Positions 40,687-50,025 of a stretch of 64,000 nucleotides of DNA are shown here, in pieces. The stretch is taken from the NCBI GenBank assembly GCA_964508175.1, contig CAZDRU010000029.1, positions 18,510 to 82,509 on the forward strand, given 5' to 3'. The notes under the pieces were generated by a model. The model did no database searches, was not told where the DNA came from, and saw only the letters and a list, made by a program, of their open reading frames with translations. The position numbers and the translations under genes were made by a program. Origin of the DNA: an uncultured Dehalococcoidia bacterium. GTDB taxonomy: Bacteria > Chloroflexota > Dehalococcoidia > Lucifugimonadales > CAZDRU01. How positions within the stretch are numbered: the first letter of the stretch is position 1; each line of letters starts with the position of its first letter.

Positions 40687-41061
40687 TTAAAATAAAATTA
40701 CAGCAAAAGCTATCGCATATTTTTTAGAATGTGATATAGAAATTGAAATATCCTCAATGTCTTTGGATTCAGCAAAAACCTTTCCTCGACCATGTAATTT
40801 AATTTCGGGAGCTTTATCTTCAGCCCTAACTACCTCAATATCGGTCCAGGAAATACCAATTCGACCCGTTCCAAAAGCTTTCATAACTGCTTCTTTAGCA
40901 GCAAATCTTCCAGCAAATCTCTCAATTTTATTATTTGAAAATCGAATTTCTTCTTCAGTAAATATCTTTTTCAAAAATCTCTCACCTCTTCTTTCAATAA
41001 TCTCTTCAATTCGAGAAATTTCAATAATATCTACCCCTGTTTTAAGTTGATGACCTGCCAT
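40687..41061 (-). CDS. acpS: holo-[acyl-carrier-protein] synthase
   Basis: GVDIIEISRI..., FAAKEAVMKA, ISISHS. About 124 aa. The nnr-acpS pairing is common. Confidence 0.9.
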   Translation of the reverse strand: MAGHQLKTGVDIIEISRIEEIIERRGERFLKKIFTEEEIRFSNNKIERFAGRFAAKEAVMKAFGTGRIGISWTDIEVVRAEDKAPEIKLHGRGKVFAESKDIEDISISISHSKKYAIAFAVILF

Positions 41062-41092
41062 AGAATGAATTATAGTCTTTTTTTTAATACTT
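40981..41092. repeat. direct repeat copy A (functional acpS 5' end plus about 30 bp upstream)
   Basis: Aligns by eye to 42432-42542 with about 11 mismatches and one 1-nt indel over about 110 bp. Confidence 0.85.
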
Positions 41093-41174
41093 GCACGTTT
41101 AATCCTAAGTAATATGTTAAATTATTTAATAAATCTAAAATCACTAAAACGTAAAAATAAAACTGAGTTATCGG

Positions 41175-42383
41175 ATGGTTAGCCGTTACCGTTTCGTTAT
41201 AGGGATCTTAATAACGTTTATCGGATTTTCAACAGGACTTAATCTGTTTCCAATCGGACCCATCACTCCATTAATAATCACTGACTATCAAATTAATAAC
41301 AGTACTGCTGGCCTCTTAACAAGTATCATATTTCTTGTCCAAATAGTATTTGCTATTCCACTAAGTACCTTAGTAGGTAAAATGCAAATCAAAACAATGA
41401 TTGTTTTAGCAACATTTTTAGGGGCTGCTCCGTTGCTGACTTTCATGGCAACAGACAATTTTTCTCTTTTACTATTACTCCGTGCAATCCATGGATTAGG
41501 CCTCATCCTATTCTATTCCGCAATAGGACCATTGTTTTTACAATGGTTTCCTTCAAAAGAACTCCCCTTAATTAACGGAGCCACTATACTTGCCTCTAGT
41601 TTAGGGTTAGCTACTTCTACTTTCTTAGTTGCTCCAATGTCAGAAATAATCAAATGGGAAGTAGTTCTAAGTGGATTTGGAGCTGTCTTATTATTAAGTT
41701 CGTTCACTTGGTTTATATTTGGAAAAACTACAAACATTCCATCAACTAACGAAACTATATCTATAATAAAACGTTGCTGGGAAGTCTTCCGTGCTCGAAA
41801 CACTTTGCTTATATCAATTGCTGATGCAGGACCCCTCACATTACTTACCGTCTCTATAGCATGGTTACCCACGTTCTATCATGAAACATACGGAATGTCA
41901 TTAATAAAAGCTGGTAACCTTATGGGATTTCTATCATTATCAGGAATTCTTGCTGTAATACTAGCTAGCTTACTTTCATCACGAATGAATAAAAGAAGGC
42001 CATTTCTCATTATCCCCGGTATTGTAACTGGATTTGCTGGATTTGCTGCAATCCTACTGAACGATTCATTTGTAATACATATCGCCGTACTACTGATTGG
42101 ATTTACTTGCTGGTTTTATATACCAACTCTAATGACCATTATAATGGAATTACATGCTAAAGACCCCCGCAGAATCGCTCTGATTATTGCAACTCTTATG
42201 ACTATAGGGGGAATTACAAATTTCATTGCGCCGCCAATAGTTGGGGCAATTACTGATCTAACAGAAAGTTTTATTCCTGGCTTAGCTATTTTTGCTTTCA
42301 TATCTTGGAGCCTGGCCATAGGAGGAATTTTGTTGCCTGAAACTGGAATTGGACAAATAAAACGATCAACCAACAATCAATGA
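41175..42383 (+). CDS. MFS transporter
   Basis: About 12 hydrophobic segments in a 6+6 layout with a central basic loop (SSRMNKRRP). Substrate unknown. Confidence 0.8.
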   Translation: MVSRYRFVIGILITFIGFSTGLNLFPIGPITPLIITDYQINNSTAGLLTSIIFLVQIVFAIPLSTLVGKMQIKTMIVLATFLGAAPLLTFMATDNFSLLLLLRAIHGLGLILFYSAIGPLFLQWFPSKELPLINGATILASSLGLATSTFLVAPMSEIIKWEVVLSGFGAVLLLSSFTWFIFGKTTNIPSTNETISIIKRCWEVFRARNTLLISIADAGPLTLLTVSIAWLPTFYHETYGMSLIKAGNLMGFLSLSGILAVILASLLSSRMNKRRPFLIIPGIVTGFAGFAAILLNDSFVIHIAVLLIGFTCWFYIPTLMTIIMELHAKDPRRIALIIATLMTIGGITNFIAPPIVGAITDLTESFIPGLAIFAFISWSLAIGGILLPETGIGQIKRSTNNQ

Positions 42384-42431
42384 TTTGTTATCTATTAAAG
42401 TATGCATAAAAACTTTAGTTTTATAACTTGC

Positions 42432-42542
42432 ATCACTTCTTCCTTCAATAATCTCTTGAATTCAAAAAATTTCAACAATATCTACCCCTGTTTTAAGTTG
42501 ATGACCTGTCATACAATAAATTATAGTCCTTTTTTAATAGTT
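42432..42542 (-). pseudogene. direct repeat copy B: decayed duplicate of the acpS 5' end and upstream region
   Basis: The minus strand reads ATG ACA GGT CAT CAA CTT AAA ACA GGG GTA GAT ATT GTT GAA ATT TTT TGA (MTGHQLKTGVDIVEIF*). The real AcpS begins MAGHQLKTGVDIIEISRI. Similarity continues past the premature stop and into the upstream 30 bp. Confidence 0.8.
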
Positions 42543-42597
42543 GGATTCTTAACACGTACTAGATAAAAATATTATAATTTAAATATGAGTAAATAAT

Positions 42598-43467
42598 ATG
42601 TCAGAATATTTAATAGATGGGAAATTAGTAGCAGATAAAAATAAAATTGAAATAACTAAAAATGTTCTTTCTCTGAAACAAAAAACTGGAATAATACCAG
42701 GATTGGCAACTATATTGATAGGAGATGATCCTGCTTCACAAATATATGTAAATAGAAAAAATAAAGCATGCAAAGAAGTTGGAATACATTCTGAAATAGT
42801 CCAATTACCTGAAAATACAAGTCAAAATAAACTTTTAGAACTTATACAAACATTAAATAATTCAAATACATTTCACGGCATTATTGTCCAGAATCCTCTT
42901 CCAAATCATATTGAAACATCATTAATAGCTAATGCAGTTTCTCCATTAAAAGATGTAGATGGATTTCATCCAACAAATATTGGACTACTTGCAACAGGAA
43001 AACCACAATTCATTCCAGCAACGCCCTTAGGAATCATTGAATTATTTAAATATTACCAAATAAAAACATCTGGAAAAAAAATAGCAATTTGCGGAAGAGG
43101 AAATATCGTTGGGAAACCTTTATCTATTCTCTTATCTCTAAAAGGATATGATGCAACCGTAACATTATGCCATTCAAAAACACAAAAACTAACAGATATA
43201 ACGAAAAATTCTGAGATAGTTATTTCAGCAATAGGAATACCACATTTCATCAGAGAAAATATGATTTCCAAAGGAGCTATTATTATAGATGTTGGAATTA
43301 ATCGAATATTTGAAAAAAACAACAAAAAACTTGTCGGAGATGTTTTTTTCGAAGAAGTTGAAAAAAAAGCAAAAGCGATTACTCCTGTACCTGGCGGAGT
43401 TGGCCCAATGACAATAGCAATGCTACTTAAAAATACATTAAAATCAGCATCTAGCAACTTTGACTAA
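42598..43467 (+). CDS. folD: bifunctional methylenetetrahydrofolate dehydrogenase / methenyl-THF cyclohydrolase
   Basis: GDDPASQIYVNRKNKAC, GRGNIVGKP, PVPGGVGPMT. Confidence 0.95.
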   Translation: MSEYLIDGKLVADKNKIEITKNVLSLKQKTGIIPGLATILIGDDPASQIYVNRKNKACKEVGIHSEIVQLPENTSQNKLLELIQTLNNSNTFHGIIVQNPLPNHIETSLIANAVSPLKDVDGFHPTNIGLLATGKPQFIPATPLGIIELFKYYQIKTSGKKIAICGRGNIVGKPLSILLSLKGYDATVTLCHSKTQKLTDITKNSEIVISAIGIPHFIRENMISKGAIIIDVGINRIFEKNNKKLVGDVFFEEVEKKAKAITPVPGGVGPMTIAMLLKNTLKSASSNFD

Positions 43468-43550
43468 ATAATATTAAACTTTTATAAAAACACTTAATAA
43501 ATTTGATAATACAGAATATCATTAAATTATATATAATAAGAGGAGGATAT

Positions 43551-43718
43551 ATGCCCTTAACAGAAAAAGCTACGCCAGCGATATGCCCAGAATGCAACCA
43601 AATAATGCGACGCCAATTGGGAGATAAAACTATAGCTCTAAACCCTTCAATTTTTTGGTTTTGCATATCTATCACATGTCGTGATGGTAAAAAGAACAAA
43701 GTTTTCCATGGAGGATAA
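43551..43718 (+). CDS. small (55 aa) putative zinc-ribbon protein
   Basis: AGGAGGA 4 nt before ATG 43551 (preferred over the track start at 43503). CPEC...C(x4)C cysteine arrangement. Stop abuts the TTG start of the next ORF. Confidence 0.45.
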   Translation: MPLTEKATPAICPECNQIMRRQLGDKTIALNPSIFWFCISITCRDGKKNKVFHGG

Positions 43719-44330
43719 TTGATAAAATTATCACCAAAGAAACCTGCATCTTTATTAAAACAATATTCAAATAAAAATATACAAAATTTCTTATTAATTT
43801 TTCTTTTTATCTTTGCAACTTTGTTTATTTATCAAGGATGCAAAATAAATAAAAATAATATAGAAAACATACGTACAACTTCCAAATTAATAGAAAATCG
43901 TTCGTTATTAAAAGGATGGATTCTTCCTGAAAACATAACGGAAAATGTATTCGAAGAAAAACTCGAAACACACCTTATATATGATCAACAAGAAGCTGAA
44001 ACTCTTTTAAGTTCTATGAAATTTTACAGAGCGCAAGGCAAATTAGAAGAAATATCTTCTATAAACTATGACGACAATATTGTTCTGATAGCTTACTATC
44101 TATGGAGACCATTAAAAGGCAATCCTTTATTGGTAGAAAGATTTGAAATCAACAACAATATTGTGAAGGCATATATAACTCTGGATAACAATAATATTGG
44201 GAAAGAATATCCATTATTATTAGCTCCCATTCATATTGTAGCTATTTCAAAATCCAATATTATTAACACAGATACTATACAAATTTTTTTTAACGGAACT
44301 TTAAATAATAAAATACCTCTTAAAAAATAA
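43719..44330 (+). CDS. hypothetical N-terminally membrane-anchored/exported protein
   Basis: Basic N-terminus, then hydrophobic segment FLLIFLFIFATLFIYQGC (the Cys follows the helix but the lipobox is not canonical). No family recognised. TTG start directly after the upstream stop. Confidence 0.5.
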   Translation: MIKLSPKKPASLLKQYSNKNIQNFLLIFLFIFATLFIYQGCKINKNNIENIRTTSKLIENRSLLKGWILPENITENVFEEKLETHLIYDQQEAETLLSSMKFYRAQGKLEEISSINYDDNIVLIAYYLWRPLKGNPLLVERFEINNNIVKAYITLDNNNIGKEYPLLLAPIHIVAISKSNIINTDTIQIFFNGTLNNKIPLKK

Positions 44331-44371
44331 TTTATTTACATCATTTATCGATTAGTTTACAATCGTCTATC

Positions 44372-45199
44372 ATGATTAAATTAGCATGTTTATCTCTCAG
44401 CTATAAAAGACTATTCCTAGAGAATAAAATGGATGTTTTTGATTTCATCAAACAAGCTTATGATCTTAAATTTGATGGAGTTGATTTTAATTCAAAACAT
44501 ATTAAATCTACTAATAAAGACTACCTTAGAAAGATCAAGCAAGAATGCATAAAACATGGTTTAGTTATTTCATGTATTGGAATATCAAACAGCTTTTCTA
44601 AATTAGATGAACCTGTTGATAACGCAATAAATGAAGTTAAGAAATGGATTGATGTTGCTTATTACTTAGGAGCTCCAATCGTACGAGTTTTTGCAGGCGG
44701 GGCAACTCCTGAAAATCTCAACTTAGCTTGGAATAGAGCAGTTCAAGGATTAAGTGAAGTTAGTGAATACGGGCAAAAAGCTGGAATTCGAGTTTCATTG
44801 CAAAACCATAATCATACCGGAATAATAAAAACAGGAAATGATGTATTAAAAATGTTAAACGATGTTGGTTCCAATCTCGGATACATAATGGATACTGGAC
44901 AATATGCTGGTTCCCCCGGTGCAAGTGGAGGAGAATTAAATTCAGATTTTGATTTCTACAAAAGCATGGACCAAACGGCTCATTTGGCATCTTTAGTAAG
45001 AGTAAAGCTGTATTATGGAGGCAGTGAAGCTTCAGGAATAAAAAATGTTCATATGGATTATACTCGCATTTTCCAGTTACTTAAAAAAGTTAAATTTAAC
45101 GGTTTTATTTCACTAGTCTATGAAGGACTTGATGATGAATTTCAAAGTGTGATTCGAGGAAATATAGAATTAAGAAAACATCTCCAAAAAATCAACTAA
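44372..45199 (+). CDS. sugar phosphate isomerase/epimerase (xylose isomerase-like TIM barrel) family protein
   Basis: Pattern GFDGVDF...(W)IDVAYYLGAPIVRVFAG...LQNHNH...; typical AP_endonuc_2/TIM-barrel family signature. Confidence 0.75.
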   Translation: MIKLACLSLSYKRLFLENKMDVFDFIKQAYDLKFDGVDFNSKHIKSTNKDYLRKIKQECIKHGLVISCIGISNSFSKLDEPVDNAINEVKKWIDVAYYLGAPIVRVFAGGATPENLNLAWNRAVQGLSEVSEYGQKAGIRVSLQNHNHTGIIKTGNDVLKMLNDVGSNLGYIMDTGQYAGSPGASGGELNSDFDFYKSMDQTAHLASLVRVKLYYGGSEASGIKNVHMDYTRIFQLLKKVKFNGFISLVYEGLDDEFQSVIRGNIELRKHLQKIN

Positions 45200-45202
45200 A
45201 AT

Positions 45203-45973
45203 TTATCCTAAAAGCCCCATTCTTGAAAAAATCAATGCACTAGTAACAATAGCAGCAGTTTCGGCTTTTAAAATAGCAGTTCCCAATGTAACAATCTTGA
45301 TATTTTTTTGATGAGCTAATAAAACTTCTTCAGATGAAAAACCTCCTTCTGGACCTATAATTAAATTGATTCCTTTTTCAGAAATTTTCATTTTTTTTAA
45401 AACATCAGATAACTGTAAATTAGTCTCGTTTTCATAAGGCATAATTGAATAGTTATCTTCTCGTAAATTTGATATATATTCTTTAAAAGTGACTCCCTCC
45501 AAAACTTCTGGAATAACTATTCTCTTGCTCTGTTCGGCTGCTGCTTTAGCAATAGAATTCCATCGTACAAATTTCTGATTTTTTAATGGAGGCCTAATAA
45601 TTGTCCTTTCGGTAAATAACGGAACTATAGTTCGAATACCAATTTCAGTACATTTTTGTATAACAAAATCAAATTTTTGCAATTTTAAAATACCAATTGC
45701 CAAGGTAACATTAGGCAAAGAAGGAATATCCATTGTATATTCACTATTTACCGAAACGGCTAAAAAGGACCCTTTTGAAATCTCTTTTATTTGAAAAACA
45801 GATTCTCTGCCTAATCCATCGAACAAAATAAACTGTTCTCCTACTGTCATTCTCAATACTTTTATTATTCTATGAAATAAAGACCCATCAATAATTAATG
45901 ACTTCAATAATGATTTTTCAAATAAAAATCTTCGAATGTTACTTTGATAATTCAAGAGTGGTCCATTCGCCAT
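45203..45973 (-). CDS. rsmE: 16S rRNA (uracil1498-N3)-methyltransferase RsmE
   Basis: RRFLFE near the N-terminus, HRIIKVLRM, SPOUT C-terminus IGPEGGFS..E. I prefer the ATG at 45973 (or the TTG 18 nt downstream) to the track start at 46006. Either choice overlaps the prmA 3' end. Confidence 0.8.
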   Translation of the reverse strand: MANGPLLNYQSNIRRFLFEKSLLKSLIIDGSLFHRIIKVLRMTVGEQFILFDGLGRESVFQIKEISKGSFLAVSVNSEYTMDIPSLPNVTLAIGILKLQKFDFVIQKCTEIGIRTIVPLFTERTIIRPPLKNQKFVRWNSIAKAAAEQSKRIVIPEVLEGVTFKEYISNLREDNYSIMPYENETNLQLSDVLKKMKISEKGINLIIGPEGGFSSEEVLLAHQKNIKIVTLGTAILKAETAAIVTSALIFSRMGLLG

Positions 45974-46793
45974 TTTCGTGAGATTTAATAAACAAAAAAC
46001 CTGCATTTAATAAAATGTTTCTCAATTTTTCCGCTTTTTCATTCATAAATCCTGAAGCAAAAAATCTCCCATTTTCTTTAAGTAATATAAAAATGTTTTT
46101 TGCCTTTTCTTCAATTACTTCTGCACTAATATTTGCTGTAATAATATCAAATTCTTTTTTATGTAATCGTGTGTCTGGGATTGTTCCTAAATATACATCA
46201 ATATTGGAAACAACATTGTTAATCTTAGCATTTTCTTTTGCAGATTTTATCGAATTTTCGTCAGTATCTAAAGCAATAATATTATCTATTCCCAGCTTAG
46301 CAGCAGTAATAGCTAAAATACCCGAACCAGTTCCTAAATCAAGTAAACTATTAAATGATTTTGCACATTTTTCTAATAATTCCAAACACATTAAAGTAGT
46401 AGGATGATGACCAGTTCCGAAAGCTAATCCTGGGTCAATAATAATACTAGTTTGGCTTAAATGAGATTTTTTACTTAACCACGAAGGTTGAATAATTAAA
46501 TCAGAAGAAATATGCAAAGTTTTAAAATGTTGTTTCCAATATTCTTTCCAATCAGTCTCTTTAACAAAACGTTTCTTCAGCGAAAAAACAGGGAGGATTT
46601 TTTTGAGCAATCCTAACCCTAATTCAATTTGATTTAGTTCTTTTTTATTAGATTTAAGCACATAAGTTGTGCATTCAATCATATTATCATTCACTTGTTG
46701 AGTAACTAATCCAGTTCCATATTTATTAAACAAATATGAAGTAGGATCAGCTAATTCGGAAGATAATCTGACTTTAATTTCAACCCAAACCAT
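45939..46793 (-). CDS. prmA: ribosomal protein L11 methyltransferase
   Basis: FGTGHHPTT and SAM motif LDLGTGSGILAI. Sits in the dnaJ-prmA-rsmE order. Confidence 0.9.
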   Translation of the reverse strand: MVWVEIKVRLSSELADPTSYLFNKYGTGLVTQQVNDNMIECTTYVLKSNKKELNQIELGLGLLKKILPVFSLKKRFVKETDWKEYWKQHFKTLHISSDLIIQPSWLSKKSHLSQTSIIIDPGLAFGTGHHPTTLMCLELLEKCAKSFNSLLDLGTGSGILAITAAKLGIDNIIALDTDENSIKSAKENAKINNVVSNIDVYLGTIPDTRLHKKEFDIITANISAEVIEEKAKNIFILLKENGRFFASGFMNEKAEKLRNILLNAGFLFIKSHENGEWTTLELSK

Positions 46794-46838
46794 ATAATGT
46801 CAATTCCTGTAATCTATTTAAAAAAACAATTCGTTAAT

Positions 46839-47966
46839 TTAACTATTCATCGAATCTTTGATTCGTCCAAACCAATTGCGTTTATCCAAAGTTTTTTTAT
46901 CAACATTAGTATTATCAGCAAGATTTTTAATAATTGTTTTCTGTTCAGAAGTTAATTTTGTAGGAACAACTAATTTAATAATAACTTTTATATTGCCCAA
47001 ACTACCTCCATTTACATCAGTTATTCCTTTTCCTTTTAAAATAAAAACTGCATCATTTTGTGTGCCAGGAGGAATATTCAATGTTTCAGGCTCTCCTAAA
47101 GTAGGAATTTGAATTCTTGAACCAATAGAAGCATCAAAAATATTAACTATTGAATGATATATAAGATCTTTACCATATCTAATAAAATCTTTATGACTGT
47201 TAATTCTTACTTCAACATAAAGATTACCAGAGGGACCTCCAAAAAAACCAACATTACCTTCCCCAGATAACCTTATTTTCATACCATTATCAATGCCAGC
47301 TGGAATCGTTACTATTAAACTACTTTCTTTTCTAAAATACCCTAATTTATTACAAATTTTACAAGGATTTGTTATTATAGTTCCTTTTCCTTCACAATTT
47401 GGACAAGGAACAACTTGAACAAATTGACCAAATAAACTTGATTGAGATCTTTTAACTTGCCCTGAACCTTTACAATTCGAACAGTTCACTGGAGAATATC
47501 CTGTTTCTGAACCAGTCCCAGAACACGAATCACATTTACATACTCGTCGAATGTTTATGCTTTTTTCCGAACCAAAAACTGCTTCTTCAAAACTCAAATC
47601 AATAAGAGCTTCTAAATCATCTCCCCGTTGAGGTCTATTTGATTTTTGAGATCCAAATCCTCCAAAAAACGAATCAAAGATATCTCCAACTCCACCAAAG
47701 ATATCAGAACCTTCAAATCCTTGCCAAAAATTACCATTACCCTCGCCTACTCCAGCATGTCCAAATTGATCATATTTATTTCTTCTCTCTTGATCACTAA
47801 GAACATGGTAAGCTTCATTCACACTTTTAAATTTTTCAGCAGCATCATCATTTTTATTTCTATCTGGATGATATTGCATTGCTTTTTTTCTAAAAGCTTT
47901 TCTAATATCTTCATCACTAGCATCTTTAGAAATATCTAGTACATCATAATAATCTTGTTTAGCCAT
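46839..47966 (-). CDS. dnaJ: molecular chaperone DnaJ
   Basis: J domain with HPD (QYHPDRNK), G/F-rich linker, four CxxCxGxG zinc-finger repeats (CDSCSGTG, CSNCKGSG, CPNCEGKG, CKICNKLG). Confidence 0.95.
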   Translation of the reverse strand: MAKQDYYDVLDISKDASDEDIRKAFRKKAMQYHPDRNKNDDAAEKFKSVNEAYHVLSDQERRNKYDQFGHAGVGEGNGNFWQGFEGSDIFGGVGDIFDSFFGGFGSQKSNRPQRGDDLEALIDLSFEEAVFGSEKSINIRRVCKCDSCSGTGSETGYSPVNCSNCKGSGQVKRSQSSLFGQFVQVVPCPNCEGKGTIITNPCKICNKLGYFRKESSLIVTIPAGIDNGMKIRLSGEGNVGFFGGPSGNLYVEVRINSHKDFIRYGKDLIYHSIVNIFDASIGSRIQIPTLGEPETLNIPPGTQNDAVFILKGKGITDVNGGSLGNIKVIIKLVVPTKLTSEQKTIIKNLADNTNVDKKTLDKRNWFGRIKDSMNS

Positions 47967-48078
47967 TTTTTTCTCTAATTATTTATCCAAACTGGTTTAA
48001 TATATAGTATATATTGTACTGTAATACGGAAAACATGAAAATTATTTCCTAAAAATAATTTTGCAGGAAATTGTGAAT

Positions 48079-49092
48079 TTATACACCAAGTAAAAAACTA
48101 ATACGATTTCTCATAAGTTCAGAAACAACCTTTAAAACACCTATAATCCTCATATAAGTCATTCGTGTAGGTCCAACAATAGCTAATGAACCAAGAAAAG
48201 CATTGTCTAATCCATAAGACATTTTAATCAAAGAAAGATCATGTAATTTACTTTCTTTATTTTCAGAACCTATAGTAACATCGAAAGTATTATTATCAAT
48301 ATTGTCAGAAAATATCTGTGAGAGTAAATCTCTATCGCCTTCAATCATATCAGTAATAACATTGTTTTTTTCAATTTCGCTAAATTCAGGTTGTGCTATT
48401 AATCGAACTAATCCATTAATTTCATATTCTGTTTGTTCCGAATCTAAAATAGTAAGTACATCAATTATTTTTGCGCCTAATTCTTTCTCTAATCCATTTA
48501 AATCGACAATATTAATCGAATCTTTAGTTTTTCCTTTAAATAATTCATTAAGCTTATTACTTATTTTTATTAACTCTTCTTTTGTAACTACAGTCTCACT
48601 TTTTATTAATTCTTTCTTTACCATCAAATTTGAATCTATAATCACAAAAAAGATCGAATATTCATCTATAAAAACTAATTCAATATGTCGAAGTTTAGTA
48701 ATTTCAGATTTTGGAAATGTGATAATTGTTAAATTATCACATATTACAGAAAGTAGTTTGGCTGTCTCTTTAATAATTTCTTCTATATCATCGTTAATAT
48801 TAGAAAAAATTTCTTGTATTTGACTCATTTCATATTTTTCAAGAACTAACGCATCGTCTAGATTATTAACATACTGTCTATATCCTTTACTTAAAGGTAT
48901 TCCTCCTGAAGAAATATGCGGTCTTGTTATATATCCATATTGTTCAAGTTTTGACATGTCATTACGAATTGTGGCAGAACTTGTTTTAGGAAAAATTGTT
49001 TTAGCAATACTCGTTGATGAAACGGGACTTTTTGTTCCAATATAATCTTCTATAAGAAATTTAAGAACATTTTCAGTACGAACATTAATCAA
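48079..49092 (-). CDS. hrcA: heat-inducible transcriptional repressor HrcA
   Basis: N-terminal winged-helix pattern VLKFLIEDYIGTKSPVSSTSIAK, HrcA-length C-terminal domain ending GSLAIVGPTRMTY. TTG start. Confidence 0.9.
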   Translation of the reverse strand: MINVRTENVLKFLIEDYIGTKSPVSSTSIAKTIFPKTSSATIRNDMSKLEQYGYITRPHISSGGIPLSKGYRQYVNNLDDALVLEKYEMSQIQEIFSNINDDIEEIIKETAKLLSVICDNLTIITFPKSEITKLRHIELVFIDEYSIFFVIIDSNLMVKKELIKSETVVTKEELIKISNKLNELFKGKTKDSINIVDLNGLEKELGAKIIDVLTILDSEQTEYEINGLVRLIAQPEFSEIEKNNVITDMIEGDRDLLSQIFSDNIDNNTFDVTIGSENKESKLHDLSLIKMSYGLDNAFLGSLAIVGPTRMTYMRIIGVLKVVSELMRNRISFLLGV

Positions 49093-49191
49093 AGAAAACT
49101 CCTATAAATTCAACTCTATACTGCTATAAGATTATCAACTTTATCAACAAATATAAAATAGTGTCAAGTCGAAATATTTTCAAATTTATCT

Positions 49192-49866
49192 TTATTGTTT
49201 TTTCTTTCGTTCAACAATAGTCCAAGATCCTGCAATGAAAATTGAAGCAAGCATTAATTTCACCAAATCTCCTGGAATAAAAGGATACATACCTTTACTA
49301 AATAATTCTCCACCTTTAGGCCATGAAAAACCAATTCCATTTGGTTCGTGATTAACATAAAGCCACAATAAACCTGGCAAATAAATAATTAAATTTCCAA
49401 GTAACATTGGCCAAATAATTTTACTTTTATTCCAACCTCGTCGACTTAAAAATCCTACAAGAGGAGTAGCAAGTACAAAGCCTAATAAATAGCCTGTAGT
49501 CATAGACTGTGTAGCATATGTAAATCCACCACTTCCATCCTTAAACACTCCTAATCCTGTCATTCCAAGCAAATAATAAAGAATAATGGTAAATAACCCC
49601 CATCTTCCTCCAAACAACCCTCCAGTCAACAATACAGCTGTTGTCTGAAACGTAATTGGAACAGGATTATCTGGAAGATAAAAAGTCAATCGACCAGAAG
49701 CAATAAGAACACCGACCATCACTAAAGATGCAAAGACTTTCAATAAAACATGTGTTTTAGGAAACAAAGAGTCAAATAAAGAAGGCGTTGGCTTTGTTAA
49801 TAATCTCCATGGTTTAGTATCGACCCATTCATTAAAAAGACTTGTTGATTTTTGGACTATTTCCAT
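49192..49866 (-). CDS. bioY: biotin transporter BioY (solitary S component)
   Basis: VPITFQTTAVLLTGGLFGGRWG matches the BioY core (vPiTlQ..a.ll.G...G...G). About 6 TM segments. No adjacent ECF A/T genes. Confidence 0.85.
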   Translation of the reverse strand: MEIVQKSTSLFNEWVDTKPWRLLTKPTPSLFDSLFPKTHVLLKVFASLVMVGVLIASGRLTFYLPDNPVPITFQTTAVLLTGGLFGGRWGLFTIILYYLLGMTGLGVFKDGSGGFTYATQSMTTGYLLGFVLATPLVGFLSRRGWNKSKIIWPMLLGNLIIYLPGLLWLYVNHEPNGIGFSWPKGGELFSKGMYPFIPGDLVKLMLASIFIAGSWTIVERKKKQ

Positions 49867-50025
49867 TTTTTACCTCTGTTTTTATAAAATAAATATTATG
49901 AGGAATTATAGAAGGAAAGAGAATTATACGTCAATAGGTTGACACAAGTAATAATAACATGCTATTTTCGGTTCTTAGGTAGATAAGATTCTGAGTTTAT
50001 CTCAAATATATTTTAGGAGAGTTGG

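Noticed and set aside
41093-41120. Possible small inversion between the sequences just beyond the two acpS repeat copies (gcacgtttaatcc versus the reverse complement of ggattcttaacacgt)
   Set aside because: The similarity is short and gapped, so I cannot distinguish it from chance by eye. It needs a proper alignment.
48302-48823. 173-aa + strand ORF antisense to hrcA
   Set aside because: Ser/Ile/Phe-rich shadow frame fully contained in a well-supported gene. The same reasoning applies to 46015-46407 (in prmA), 43053-43457 (in folD), 41513-41872 and 42116-42376 (in the MFS gene), 18394-18756 (in argB), 19219-19891 (in argJ), 59366-59776, 12951-13247, 2455-2796 and the other short antisense ORFs in the track.
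49093-49191. Search for a CIRCE operator upstream of hrcA (and at 47967-48078 upstream of dnaJ)
   Set aside because: No TTAGCACTC-N9-GAGTGCTAA-like inverted repeat is visible. Only short AT-rich hairpins are present, so no operator feature is reported.
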